The translations under genes were made by a program, and so were the position numbers. From Candidatus Poribacteria bacterium (GTDB lineage Bacteria; Poribacteria; WGA-4E; WGA-3G), in contig CAXXLX010000001.1 in NCBI GenBank assembly GCA_963665235.2, positions 1,440,001 through 1,504,000 on the forward strand: a stretch of 64,000 nucleotides of DNA. The letters are read 5' to 3'. Under the pieces are notes generated by a model. It was not told where the DNA came from and did not search any database. It saw only the letters and a list, made by a program, of their open reading frames with translations. This document shows positions 8,944 through 18,515 of the stretch, piece after piece (position 1 is the stretch's first letter; each line of letters begins with the position of its first letter).

Positions 8944-10650
8944 TTGATTAATATTCAACCGAAGTTCATTAAGTTTGCAGACCTTCTTGAAAAACGCCTA
9001 TTCCGTATTCCTCACTATCAGCGTGCTTATTCATGGGGACGTGCAGAGCGTGAGGATATGTTCAACGACATTCGCAAGTTAAAGGGGAAACCAGGGTCTT
9101 CACATTTTATGGCGACAGTCGTTGGGCTGCGTCGTGAAACTGTTCCAATCGTAACGGATGAATATGATGTTATCGAAATTGTGGATGGACAACAACGATT
9201 AACAACGCTTGTGATTCTGCTAAAGATGATTGCACAAGAACTGGAATCATCGCTGACAGATGACGACAAAGCTGCACTTACCACAGAGGCGCGTCTTGAA
9301 CGGGAACTTCAAGAACTTCTCGTAAAACAGGATGAGTTAAGTCTGATTTTACTACAAACCAATCATGACCGGAGTCAACACTTTGCCAACTTTCTGAGAG
9401 AGGGAACGTCCCCGCCAGTTTCAGAGGCACGAACTCTGGCAGATCGCGAACTATTAAGTGCAATCCACGAATGCAAATCTTTTGTCAAGAAATGGGGAGA
9501 TGCAACTGAACTTTTACGATGCTTAAAAAATCAACTCTGGTTCATTTTTCATGAGACTCATGACGAGGAAACCGTCTATACCGTTTTTGAGGTGTTAAAC
9601 AACAGAGGGCTTGAGGTTTCTTGGTTGGCGAAACTCAAAAGTAGACTTATGGAAGTCGTTTTTGAGACAGATCAGGGCAATCGTTCCGAACATATAGATG
9701 AACTTCATCGCATTTGGGGAGCCTTCTATGAAATCGTAGGGCTGCGTAAAGGTGTAGACACCGAAGCTCTCAGATTCGCATCAACACTACTCAGGTCTCA
9801 AGACAGCGTCAGCAAAGTTCTTAATGAAGAAAAGGCTGTAAATCGTTTGATGTCTGAAGTAGACACAAACGTTCCTAAAACCATTGAAATCTCAAACTGG
9901 CTCCTAAAGGTCGTCAACGCCGTCAACCGGCTTCAGGAGGAGATGAGACAACCTGTAACCAAAATCCTCCACGCAAACTTGCTTGCCATCGCAATTATGC
10001 TCCGAGATTTTCCTGACCAAGAAGAAAGAAAACTTCTCGATCAATGGGAAAAAACATCTTTCCGTATTTTTGGATTATGCCGGAAAGATGCCCGGACAGG
10101 TGTCGGAGACTTCGTCCGATTAGCTAGGGAGACCTATAATGACTTAGATTTGAGTAGCGATGACATTTCAGAAAGGATACGCAAGATCGGAGCAGATCAC
10201 TCTATTGATGATGCAAGCAATCAACTTTACAATGCTGACTGTTATACCAAATGGAAAGAAGAAATTCTTTATTTGCTGTATCGTTACGAGGAACACCTCG
10301 CTGGAGATCTTGATCCGACATTTCGCAATGAGCAGTGGAATCGGATTTGGGAACAATCCCCTATGAATTCCATCGAACACATACTGCCACAATCAAAAGG
10401 GAGTCAACACAGTTCGGAAAAAGAAATTTTCGTCCATCGACTCGGAAATTTGCTGCTCTTACCTCCTGGGCTCAATTCTAAGCTCGGCGATAAAGATCCG
10501 CAAGAGAAGGCAAACGCCTATCGCCAGACAGGCCTTCTCATTGCAGGAGATGTTGCCAAGACAATTGAGAAGCACGGGTGGGATGAGCTGGAGATTGCAA
10601 CCCGAGAGAAAAAAATCATTGACTGGGTTTTAGAGGAATACGACTGCTAA
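8944..10650 (+). CDS. GmrSD-family type IV restriction endonuclease (DUF262 + DUF1524 HNH)
   Basis: IPHYQRAYSW, DGQQRLTT, FEVLNNRG; C-terminal SIEHILPQ and HRLGNLLLL...N. Confidence 0.9.
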   Translation: MINIQPKFIKFADLLEKRLFRIPHYQRAYSWGRAEREDMFNDIRKLKGKPGSSHFMATVVGLRRETVPIVTDEYDVIEIVDGQQRLTTLVILLKMIAQELESSLTDDDKAALTTEARLERELQELLVKQDELSLILLQTNHDRSQHFANFLREGTSPPVSEARTLADRELLSAIHECKSFVKKWGDATELLRCLKNQLWFIFHETHDEETVYTVFEVLNNRGLEVSWLAKLKSRLMEVVFETDQGNRSEHIDELHRIWGAFYEIVGLRKGVDTEALRFASTLLRSQDSVSKVLNEEKAVNRLMSEVDTNVPKTIEISNWLLKVVNAVNRLQEEMRQPVTKILHANLLAIAIMLRDFPDQEERKLLDQWEKTSFRIFGLCRKDARTGVGDFVRLARETYNDLDLSSDDISERIRKIGADHSIDDASNQLYNADCYTKWKEEILYLLYRYEEHLAGDLDPTFRNEQWNRIWEQSPMNSIEHILPQSKGSQHSSEKEIFVHRLGNLLLLPPGLNSKLGDKDPQEKANAYRQTGLLIAGDVAKTIEKHGWDELEIATREKKIIDWVLEEYDC

Positions 10651-10805
10651 AATTATATTTGATTTTCACCCGGTTATATGGTATAATTTTAAAGCAAATT
10701 TGGGAAGTCAACGCTTGATAAAGCCTGATGTTCATGCTCAGAGATTCGATGAAACTATAGCAGGGCTGAGTGAAGCAAAAAATATCGCAAAACGTAAGGA
10801 ACGCA

Positions 10806-11870
10806 ATGCAGAAATCTGCACAAGAACCCGCACCAACAAGAGACCTTGTCACCGCTTATCTCAGCGAAGTCAAAAATAGAGTGGATGCTTGTATCTTTGA
10901 TTTCCTCCCGACGACGCATGAACATCCGGATGTGCAACAACTGTATCAGATGATGTTAGATTATCCGCGCCGCGCGGGGAAAGGCCTAAGACCCGCACTT
11001 TGCTTGCTTATCTGTGAGGTATTCGGCGGCAACGCAGAACGCGCAGTGAATACTGCAGCTGCCCTAGAACTGCTACAGAATTGGCTCTTAATCCACGACG
11101 ATATCGAGGATGGGTCTGAACTCCGCCGAGGTGAACCGTGCCTCCATCAAAAGCATGGGATTCCGATGGCTATCAATGTCGGGGACGCACTCCACTGTAA
11201 AATGTGGGAGATGCTGCACCGAAACACACATATCCTTGGACACCCACTCGCCTTCCGCATCTTATCTGAATTCATACAATTGAGCAACCAAGTCGTCGAA
11301 GGGCAACACATTGAACTTAGCTGGGTCCGCGATAATCGATGGAACCTTGATGAAGGCGATTACCTAACGATGTGTATACAGAAAACAGCGTGGTATACCT
11401 GTATCACGCCGTGTCGTGTCGGTGCAATCATTGGCGGGGCAGAAAACGCGGACGTGGATGCCTTTGTCGAACTCGGCAAAGACCTCGGCGTTGCCTTCCA
11501 AATTCAGGATGATGTTCTCAATCTGATTGGCGATGTCGGAAGATATGGAAAAGAAATCGCTGGGGACATTAGTGAGGGGAAACGCACGCTTGTACTCATA
11601 CATCTCTTCAAAGCATGCACCGCTACGGAAGCACAACATGTGATTGACATCATGGCACGCCCCCGAGAGGAGAAAACGGAGGAGGAAGTCCAGTCTGTTT
11701 TGCACTTGATGCAGAAATACAACTCTATCGATTACGCCCAACAACGTTCTAAAACGTTGCTACAGGAAGCAGCTAGACAATTCACACAGAATTTCGCACA
11801 CCTGCCTGAAAGTCAAGCAAAACATCTGTTTTTATCTCTAATTCATTTTTTTGTTGAACGCGAATACTAG
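10806..11870 (+). CDS. Short-chain trans-polyprenyl diphosphate synthase (GGPP/FPP synthase)
   Basis: GKGLRP, FARM DDIED followed by RRG, GQHIE, KTA, SARM FQIQDDVLN; Trp five residues before the FARM suggests a short product. Confidence 0.9.
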   Translation: MQKSAQEPAPTRDLVTAYLSEVKNRVDACIFDFLPTTHEHPDVQQLYQMMLDYPRRAGKGLRPALCLLICEVFGGNAERAVNTAAALELLQNWLLIHDDIEDGSELRRGEPCLHQKHGIPMAINVGDALHCKMWEMLHRNTHILGHPLAFRILSEFIQLSNQVVEGQHIELSWVRDNRWNLDEGDYLTMCIQKTAWYTCITPCRVGAIIGGAENADVDAFVELGKDLGVAFQIQDDVLNLIGDVGRYGKEIAGDISEGKRTLVLIHLFKACTATEAQHVIDIMARPREEKTEEEVQSVLHLMQKYNSIDYAQQRSKTLLQEAARQFTQNFAHLPESQAKHLFLSLIHFFVEREY

Positions 11871-11876
11871 AGGCAT

Positions 11877-11901
11877 TGTCGGGGTTTTCTCCCGACCTAC
11901 A
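11877..11901 (-). repeat. GTAG-type REP hairpin
   Basis: Minus strand tGTAGGTCGGGAGAAAACCCCGACA; related copy near 50436-50468. Confidence 0.55.
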
Positions 11902-11944
11902 AATTTTTGTTGAACATGAATAATAGGAAGGAGTATACATTTTT

Positions 11945-13015
11945 ATGAAAACTACCGCTATTTCATCCGGAAAGTTAAGAGGATTTATAAAACTTGCCGA
12001 TGCAAACGGGCGATTTAAAATGATGGCAATCGATCAGCGCGGTTCCATGGTACAGGCATTAGCGGATGCCCTTGATACCGACAAGACAAATGTCAAATAC
12101 ACTGATGTCGCAGCACTTAAAACATTGATAACACGAGTGCTTGCCCCGAATGCCACCGCCGTTTTGACGGACCCTATTTATGGACACCCCTATTCAATTA
12201 CAGCCGTTCCGCGCGATGCCGCACTGCTTTTGGCTTACGAAGAGTCCGGCTACGTCAGCGAAGGGGTCTCAGAAAATGAGCGGCTCTCCAACCCAATTGA
12301 AAACTGGACAATAGAGAAGGCACACCGGGCTGGTGCAGACGCAATTAAACTTCTCGCTTATTACCATCCGGACGCTTCCACAGAAACACTTCAACATCAG
12401 CAAGCTTTTGTCCAGCACGTTGGCGACGAATGTGAAAAGCACGACCTGCCGTTTCTGCTTGAACTCGTGAGTTATGCCTTAGAGGGCACAACCAAAAGTC
12501 TCGCGTTCGCGAAGCAGAAACCGGACCTCGTCATTCGAAGTGTTCAAGAGTTCGCTGACCCTACCTATAAGGTCGATATTCTCAAATTGGAATTCCCTGC
12601 TGACCTCAAATATACCGCGGAATATCAGGACCAGCCCTTTGCCGCTGGCGAAACGGCTTACAGCTTAAGCAGTGTAAAGGACATCTGTCAACAACTAGAC
12701 GAGACCTCCACACTGCCTTGGGTCATTTTGAGCGCAGGCGTGGATATTGAGGAGTTTATTGCGAACGTCCAACTCGCTACTGAAGCCGGGGCAAGCGGTT
12801 TTCTTTGCGGGCGCGCTATTTGGAAAGAGGCTGTCCAATATTATCCTGACACGGACGCTGTCACGCAATTTCTTGAAACGGAAGCAACCACTAATTTCGA
12901 GAACGCGAACGCAGCCGCAGAAAAAGCCTTACCGTGGTTTGACCATCGCTACTTCGGGGGCACAGAAAACGTCCAACTCGCAAAGCAATCCGAAAACTGG
13001 CATCAAGACTACTAA
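11945..13015 (+). CDS. lacD: Tagatose-1,6-bisphosphate aldolase-like class I aldolase
   Basis: AIDQRGS, IKLLAYYHPD, LKLEFP, PWVILSAGV, SGFLCGRAIW. Confidence 0.85.
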   Translation: MKTTAISSGKLRGFIKLADANGRFKMMAIDQRGSMVQALADALDTDKTNVKYTDVAALKTLITRVLAPNATAVLTDPIYGHPYSITAVPRDAALLLAYEESGYVSEGVSENERLSNPIENWTIEKAHRAGADAIKLLAYYHPDASTETLQHQQAFVQHVGDECEKHDLPFLLELVSYALEGTTKSLAFAKQKPDLVIRSVQEFADPTYKVDILKLEFPADLKYTAEYQDQPFAAGETAYSLSSVKDICQQLDETSTLPWVILSAGVDIEEFIANVQLATEAGASGFLCGRAIWKEAVQYYPDTDAVTQFLETEATTNFENANAAAEKALPWFDHRYFGGTENVQLAKQSENWHQDY

Positions 13016-13090
13016 GGCTACGAACAAGCGGAGGCCTAACGTTTAGCGTTGTGAACAGCGAACGCGTTTCTCTAGCTACAGATGCCGCCT

Positions 13091-13561
13091 TTATGGCAAC
13101 GCATGCTCAATTTTCTCAAGAATCTTGCGTGCAATCTCAAACGTCGTCTCAGCAGAGACCTGTCCACCAATTTCGGCGACGAGCACAACAACGGTGTGCC
13201 GGACGAAAAGCCAATTCGCATCCGCATGCCATACTGCATCGCCAAGGTCAACTTCGTCTGTAGAGACCGGCTGATAGATAGAGTCAGGGCCACCGAATTT
13301 CGGCACAGTTCGCGCGGATAGCCGAAAGCGTCCCTTATCGGCAGCTGTCTGCGCGTCATCCGTCGACTGGAAAAACCAATAATTGATAGCTACCTGCTCC
13401 GCAGCGGCACCGTTCAGCCACCACCGGTCGCGCCAACCGAATTCGGCAGACGGTTTGCTCGGGGCAGTTGGCGAATACAGTTCCTGTGATGAACTGTGCC
13501 GCGCAGCGAATTCCGATAAATCTTCTGTTGTTAATTGAATTGAGTCTAATGTAATGTTCAT
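13091..13561 (-). CDS. Hypothetical protein
   Basis: 156-aa ATG ORF filling the gap between lacD and lptF; no recognised motif. Confidence 0.6.
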   Translation of the reverse strand: MNITLDSIQLTTEDLSEFAARHSSSQELYSPTAPSKPSAEFGWRDRWWLNGAAAEQVAINYWFFQSTDDAQTAADKGRFRLSARTVPKFGGPDSIYQPVSTDEVDLGDAVWHADANWLFVRHTVVVLVAEIGGQVSAETTFEIARKILEKIEHALP

Positions 13562-13688
13562 ACTAAATATGATACCATGTCATCCCTGAAAATTTCCAAT
13601 TAAAAACGCACATTGCAGAATTTTTGAAGAATATTTCATCAAAAAGCAACTAACTTACAAAACAATTCATTTCTATAGTTGAGAATTT

Positions 13689-14888
13689 ATGAAAATACTG
13701 GCACGTTATACCCTTAAAGAGTTCTTCCTCCCTTTTTTAATAGCACTCATCTGCTTCACCTGTATCATACTTTTCGATGAAATGTTTCGGTTAACCAAGC
13801 TTTTCGTGAAGAAAGGGGTGAACCCGTTTTATCTGATTGAGTCGTTAGTATATGTGATGCCGGCTACAATCGTTTTAGCTATCCCCATGGCAGCGTTAGT
13901 CGCAATTTTACTGACGCTCGGGAGATTCGCTACCGACAATGAGATTATCGCAATGAAGGCACACGGCATCGCCTTCCACCAACTTATGATACCGCTTTTA
14001 AGCACCACAGTGCTGTTGAGCGTAGTTGACTTAGCGATGATAGAGTATGTCCTGCCGCAAGCAACCCTCGCTTCTGTGTCCCTTAAGCGCGATATACGCA
14101 GACACAACCCCGCAATCGTTTTGGAAGAAGGCACCGTCATGAAGGAACTCGAAAAGGAGGGAAAACTCTGGATGTATGAATCTATGGATTCAAAAACGGA
14201 ACAGATGCAGAACGTCAAAATTTGGGATGGAATTTGGGCAGGAAACCCACGTTTCATCCACGCACAATCGGCAACGCTCGGATTTGAAGCGGGGAGAGCT
14301 ATGTTGACGCTTTACGATGGACACGCCTATGAACCCCAAGACGATTCACAAAGTTTCAGAGTCACCCAATTTCAGAAGCAACGGCTCGCCCTCGATTTGA
14401 AGGAGGACCTGGAACGGAGTAAAACTCAGACCGAACACCCCCAAACCATGCGTATCGGACAACTCAAAACCCACATCGCTAAATTGGAAAACGCGCTGAA
14501 ACCGAACAAACAATCGGAATACGCACTCAATAGACTCCGCTACGCCAAGGTTGAATACCACAAAAAATTTGCGCTTCCATTTGCCTGCCTGGCATTTGGA
14601 TTAATCGGTATTCCGTTCGGATTCCTAGTGAAACAGAACGGCAGAATGATTGGGTTTGGACTCGGCCTCGGTGTGATACTCGGATATTACCTCCTGCTTC
14701 AGATTGCCCAAAACACCGGGACGAAGGGAACATTGCCGCCCATGCTCGCTATGTGGCTGCCGAACCTTGTTGTCGGCACGCTCGGAATCGCACTGAATAT
14801 CCGTATGATAGCGGAAGGAAAACTCAGAACCTGGCGCGACAGCGACAAAAAATTACCACGATTCGTTAAGAGAAACGTAGAATCTTAA
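13689..14888 (+). CDS. lptF: LPS export ABC permease, LptF/LptG family
   Basis: MKILARY, GRFATDNEIIAMKAHGI, six-TM layout, AMWLPN. Confidence 0.85.
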   Translation: MKILARYTLKEFFLPFLIALICFTCIILFDEMFRLTKLFVKKGVNPFYLIESLVYVMPATIVLAIPMAALVAILLTLGRFATDNEIIAMKAHGIAFHQLMIPLLSTTVLLSVVDLAMIEYVLPQATLASVSLKRDIRRHNPAIVLEEGTVMKELEKEGKLWMYESMDSKTEQMQNVKIWDGIWAGNPRFIHAQSATLGFEAGRAMLTLYDGHAYEPQDDSQSFRVTQFQKQRLALDLKEDLERSKTQTEHPQTMRIGQLKTHIAKLENALKPNKQSEYALNRLRYAKVEYHKKFALPFACLAFGLIGIPFGFLVKQNGRMIGFGLGLGVILGYYLLLQIAQNTGTKGTLPPMLAMWLPNLVVGTLGIALNIRMIAEGKLRTWRDSDKKLPRFVKRNVES

Positions 14889-14912
14889 TCCGAAAAAAAT
14901 AGGACAAATCGC

Positions 14913-15974
14913 TTGAACATTCTAGACCGGTATCTGCTCAAGGAATATCTCAAAGCCTTCCTTGTTGGCTTCTTTTTCTTTAGTGCCCTGGTTGTACTCG
15001 TCCGCTTGTTGGACAAGGACATCAAAAAATTTGAAGAGGGTATTACATATCTCACCGCTGTGAAAATTGTGCTGTACCAGGCACCCCGGCGTATTATGGA
15101 AATTGTACCTGTCGCTGGGTTTGTGGCTATCTTCTTTGCACTCGGTCGAATGGTAAAAAGCAACGAATTCGTCGCGATGAAAGCTGGCGGCATCAGTGTT
15201 TACCGCATCCTCACACCTGTTCTCATCGTAACGCTGCTTATCTGCACACTTTTTGCCGTCTTTTACGATAGAGTTGCCGCACCGGCTTACCATGAAGCCA
15301 TCCGCTTACAGAAAAAAAATGTGCTGCCCCGAGGCGGCAGACGGCTTGTCTTTAAAGGAAAAAACAATCGCATCTTTTATTCGCAGCGAATCAATCTAGA
15401 AACCCAAGAAATTAATAAATTGACGATTTGGGATTTCGCTGACGAACACCTCATCCGAATCATTTTCGCACGCACAGCAACCTGGACACCTACACACTGG
15501 CGCCTGACCGATGGCGACATCCGCCACTTCGAAAACGAAATGGAGGTCGCTTACGAGACCTTCGAAACAAAATCGATAGAACGGCATGAAGACCCAGCAC
15601 GGTTCATCGGCAGCAACAAAGACCCTAGAGGCATGACCATTAAAGAACTTAAAGAACAAATTGCCTATAAACAGTTAGCAGGCCAAATATCCCGAATTGA
15701 ACAGGTCAAGTTGCATCACAAAATGGCATATCCGTTTGCGGCTGTCGTTGTCGTCATGTTAGGCGCGCCGATTGCCATCCGCTTCGGAAAAGCCGGGTTC
15801 TTCGCAGGGTTGGTTATCGCTTTTTTCCTCGTCTTTATCTATTGGGCCCTCTCGTTCGCAACCCTTGAAGGGCTCAGTGAAAATGGAAAGCTCCATCCAT
15901 TTCTTGCGTGTTGGGGTGCAAATATTCTGTATGCTATTATCGGCAGCATCCTGATATGGAACACGCCAAAGTAG
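14913..15974 (+). CDS. lptG: LPS export ABC permease, LptF/LptG family
   Basis: MNILDRY, NEFVAMKAGGIS, HKMAYPF; tandem with the lptF-like gene. Confidence 0.85.
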   Translation: MNILDRYLLKEYLKAFLVGFFFFSALVVLVRLLDKDIKKFEEGITYLTAVKIVLYQAPRRIMEIVPVAGFVAIFFALGRMVKSNEFVAMKAGGISVYRILTPVLIVTLLICTLFAVFYDRVAAPAYHEAIRLQKKNVLPRGGRRLVFKGKNNRIFYSQRINLETQEINKLTIWDFADEHLIRIIFARTATWTPTHWRLTDGDIRHFENEMEVAYETFETKSIERHEDPARFIGSNKDPRGMTIKELKEQIAYKQLAGQISRIEQVKLHHKMAYPFAAVVVVMLGAPIAIRFGKAGFFAGLVIAFFLVFIYWALSFATLEGLSENGKLHPFLACWGANILYAIIGSILIWNTPK

Positions 15975-15985
15975 GGATGTGGCTC

Positions 15986-16597
15986 ATGCTTCCTTCAAAA
16001 ATCGGTAACCTCTTCTTCAAAATCCGGAGTTTCACACCGATTCCATTTATCCTTGCCCTCCTCTACTTCTCCGCACCGACAGGATACACGGTAGCGATAG
16101 GTATACCTATTATGGCTATCGGCGAATGTCTCCGAATCTGGGCGGTCGGCTACGCGGGGGCATCGACCCGCGCACGAAGCCTCGGCACCGCACGTGACCT
16201 CGTCACAACCGGACCCTACAGCTACGTCCGCAACCCCCTCTATCTCGGCAATTTTCTGCTCAGCCTCGGCGTGTGCCTCGTTGCGAATGTCTACTGGCTC
16301 ACAGTCGTGCTGTTTGTCGGCTATTTTGTCCAATACCTCCCTATTATTGCAGTGGAAGAGACGTATCTATCCGAATCCTGCGGCTCCGTATATCAGGCGT
16401 ATAAAGCACGGGTGCCGCGTTTCGTCCCGCGTTTCCGCGCCTATCCAGAGGCATCTTCACACGATTTCTCCTGGACACGCGCTGTCAAAAGTGAAAGACG
16501 CACCTTGACAGCAATTCTCTGTGTGCTCGGATTTATCTTCGCTAAACAAATAGGGCTGCCCTCTGTTCTAACCGAATTGTTGAAACGGCTAGCGTAA
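15986..16597 (+). CDS. Isoprenylcysteine carboxyl methyltransferase family membrane protein (possible lipid A methyltransferase)
   Basis: LRIWAVGY, LVTTGPYSYVRNPLYLG, EETYL, YKARVPRF. Confidence 0.8.
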   Translation: MLPSKIGNLFFKIRSFTPIPFILALLYFSAPTGYTVAIGIPIMAIGECLRIWAVGYAGASTRARSLGTARDLVTTGPYSYVRNPLYLGNFLLSLGVCLVANVYWLTVVLFVGYFVQYLPIIAVEETYLSESCGSVYQAYKARVPRFVPRFRAYPEASSHDFSWTRAVKSERRTLTAILCVLGFIFAKQIGLPSVLTELLKRLA

Positions 16598-16601
16598 CTA
16601 A

Positions 16602-16813
16602 TACCATTTTTATTAATTATTCTATCATTACCGGTTGTTGGAAATGAAACGGAGAACGGAAGACACAAACTGGAAGTTTATGCTACGATAAAGAACACAA
16701 ACTGGAAGTTTATGCTACGATAAAGAACACAAACTGGAAGTTTATGCTACGATAAAGAACACAAACTGGAAGTTTATGCTACAATAAAGAGATATTTTCA
16801 ATTAGAAATGGTA
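16602..16813. mobile_element. MITE (212 bp), TIR TACCATTT, TAA target duplication, internal REP tandem array
   Basis: TAA|taccattt...aaatggta|TAA; the duplicated region at ~17644-17690 shows the empty site gtaacTAAcaaaaagc. Confidence 0.8.
16663..16790. repeat. 4 x 32-bp tandem repeat of a GTAG-type REP
   Basis: Unit acacaaactggaagtttatgctacgataaaga; minus strand GTAG-CATAAAC-TTCCA-GTTTGTG hairpin; related single copy at 25831-25856. Confidence 0.9.
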
Positions 16814-16941
16814 TAACAAAAAAGCGATTCAAAATGCTAAAAATTTGCGATTTTTAGAAAAAAGATTGAAATTTTGCACAAATGCATGTTACAATTAATA
16901 ATAATGGATGCTATATTTCGAAACAGAAGGAGGTATATCTC

Positions 16942-17640
16942 ATGAAAAAGTCTCCGTTTTTTTTAATCATAACCTTTGTCCTTGTAACCCTATTCGTTCT
17001 CTCTATCGAGCTGGTTGTTGCCCGTACGTTCAACAACGATTTTGAAACAGGCGACCTAACGGATTGGGAGAAAACGGGCAATGCCTTTGATTTTCAACCT
17101 ACCTGGGGCGATAATCCAACGGCACGGAACCGCGGACAACCCTCTAAACATCAAGGCGACTGGTGGCTCGGACTCTTCGAGAAGTATCCCGGAGCAGATA
17201 GAGCGAAGGAACTCGGTGTGCAACCGGGGGCTACTCAGGGCGATGCCCCGCAGGGTACCCTCACCTCAATTGAATTCCCAATTGTCGGGGAAACGATGAA
17301 TTTTCTCATAGGCGGTGGTTTCCACCCTTGGGATGCCGATCCGGGCCCCTGTTGTGTTAACCTTGAAATCAATGGCGAGGTCGTTCGTACATCGACCGGC
17401 GAACAGATTGATACAACCGAAACCATGATTCGCGCGGAGTGGGACATCTCCGAATTTAAAGGCAAAACTGCGAAAATAGTCGTTGTTGACAGAAATAGCG
17501 GTGGCTGGGGACATCCGAACTTTGACGATGTGCATCAAGCCGATGCCAGCGGAAAAAACATACCGTGGGACAGAGCCCTTGCTGTTCAAGCCCGCGGAAA
17601 GTTAGCAGTCAGCTGGGCACAGATGAAAAAGTATTACTAA
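16942..17640 (+). CDS. Secreted beta-sandwich protein (resembles the GH32-associated accessory domain) with C-terminal tail, paralog 1
   Basis: RBS aggagg; signal peptide; FETGDLTDW, GTLTSIEF, NFLIGGG, GGWGH; tail LAVQARGKLAVSWAQMK. Confidence 0.8.
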   Translation: MKKSPFFLIITFVLVTLFVLSIELVVARTFNNDFETGDLTDWEKTGNAFDFQPTWGDNPTARNRGQPSKHQGDWWLGLFEKYPGADRAKELGVQPGATQGDAPQGTLTSIEFPIVGETMNFLIGGGFHPWDADPGPCCVNLEINGEVVRTSTGEQIDTTETMIRAEWDISEFKGKTAKIVVVDRNSGGWGHPNFDDVHQADASGKNIPWDRALAVQARGKLAVSWAQMKKYY

Positions 17641-17789
17641 ATTTTGAAACGGCTAGCGTAACTAACAAAAAGCAATTCAAATTGCTAAAAATTTGCGATT
17701 TTTAGAAAAAAGATTGAAATTTTGCACAAATGCATGTTACAATTAATAATAATGGATGCTATATTTCGAAACAGAAGGAGGTATATCTC

Positions 17790-18491
17790 ATGAAAAAGTC
17801 TCCGTTTTTTTTAATCATAACCTTTATCCTTGTAACGCTATTCGTTCTCTCTATCGAGCTGGTTGTTGCCCGTACGTTCAACAACGATTTTGAAACAGGC
17901 GACCTAACGGATTGGGAGAAAACAGGAGATGCGTTCGATTTTCAACCGACCTGGGGCGATAATCCAACAGCACGGAACCGCGGACAGCCCTCTAATCATC
18001 AAGGCGATTGGTGGCTCGGACTCGCTGAACAATACCAAGGCCCAGAAAAAGGCGCGGAACTCGGACAAAGTCCTGGCGACCTCGCGGGCAACGGTCGACC
18101 TGATCAGCCGCAAGGCACCTTGACCTCAATCGAGTTCATAATTGTTGGGGATACGATGAACTTTCTTATCGGAGGGGGCAACCGGCCCTGGGGCGTAAAT
18201 CCCGAACCGTGTTGTGTTAACCTTGTAATTGATGATGAGGTCGAACGAACAATGACCGGTAGTAACACAGAAACGATGGCACGAAAAGAGTGGGATGTTG
18301 CCGATTTGAAAGGCAAAACCGCACAACTTGTCGTCGTTGATAATAGCAGTGGCGGTTGGGGACACCCAAACTTTGACGATGTGCATCAAGCCGATGCTAG
18401 CGGGGAAAATATACCGTGGTCCCAGGTGACAGCTGTCGAGGCCCGCGGAAAGTTGGCAGTCAGCTGGGCACAGATGAAAAAGTATTACTAA
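17790..18491 (+). CDS. Secreted beta-sandwich protein with C-terminal tail, paralog 2
   Basis: Near-identical upstream region and signal peptide to paralog 1; tail TAVEARGKLAVSWAQMK. Confidence 0.8.
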   Translation: MKKSPFFLIITFILVTLFVLSIELVVARTFNNDFETGDLTDWEKTGDAFDFQPTWGDNPTARNRGQPSNHQGDWWLGLAEQYQGPEKGAELGQSPGDLAGNGRPDQPQGTLTSIEFIIVGDTMNFLIGGGNRPWGVNPEPCCVNLVIDDEVERTMTGSNTETMARKEWDVADLKGKTAQLVVVDNSSGGWGHPNFDDVHQADASGENIPWSQVTAVEARGKLAVSWAQMKKYY

Positions 18492-18515
18492 GCTTTGAAA
18501 TGGAAGGGAAAAATA

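Noticed and set aside
16663-16790. CRISPR array
   Set aside because: 32-bp units are head-to-tail with no unique spacers, lie inside a MITE, and no cas genes are present.
16882-16941. Longer N-termini (MHVTINNNG...) for paralogs 1 and 2
   Set aside because: A strong RBS (aggagg) precedes the ATGs at 16942 and 17790, and the extension overlaps promoter-like sequence.
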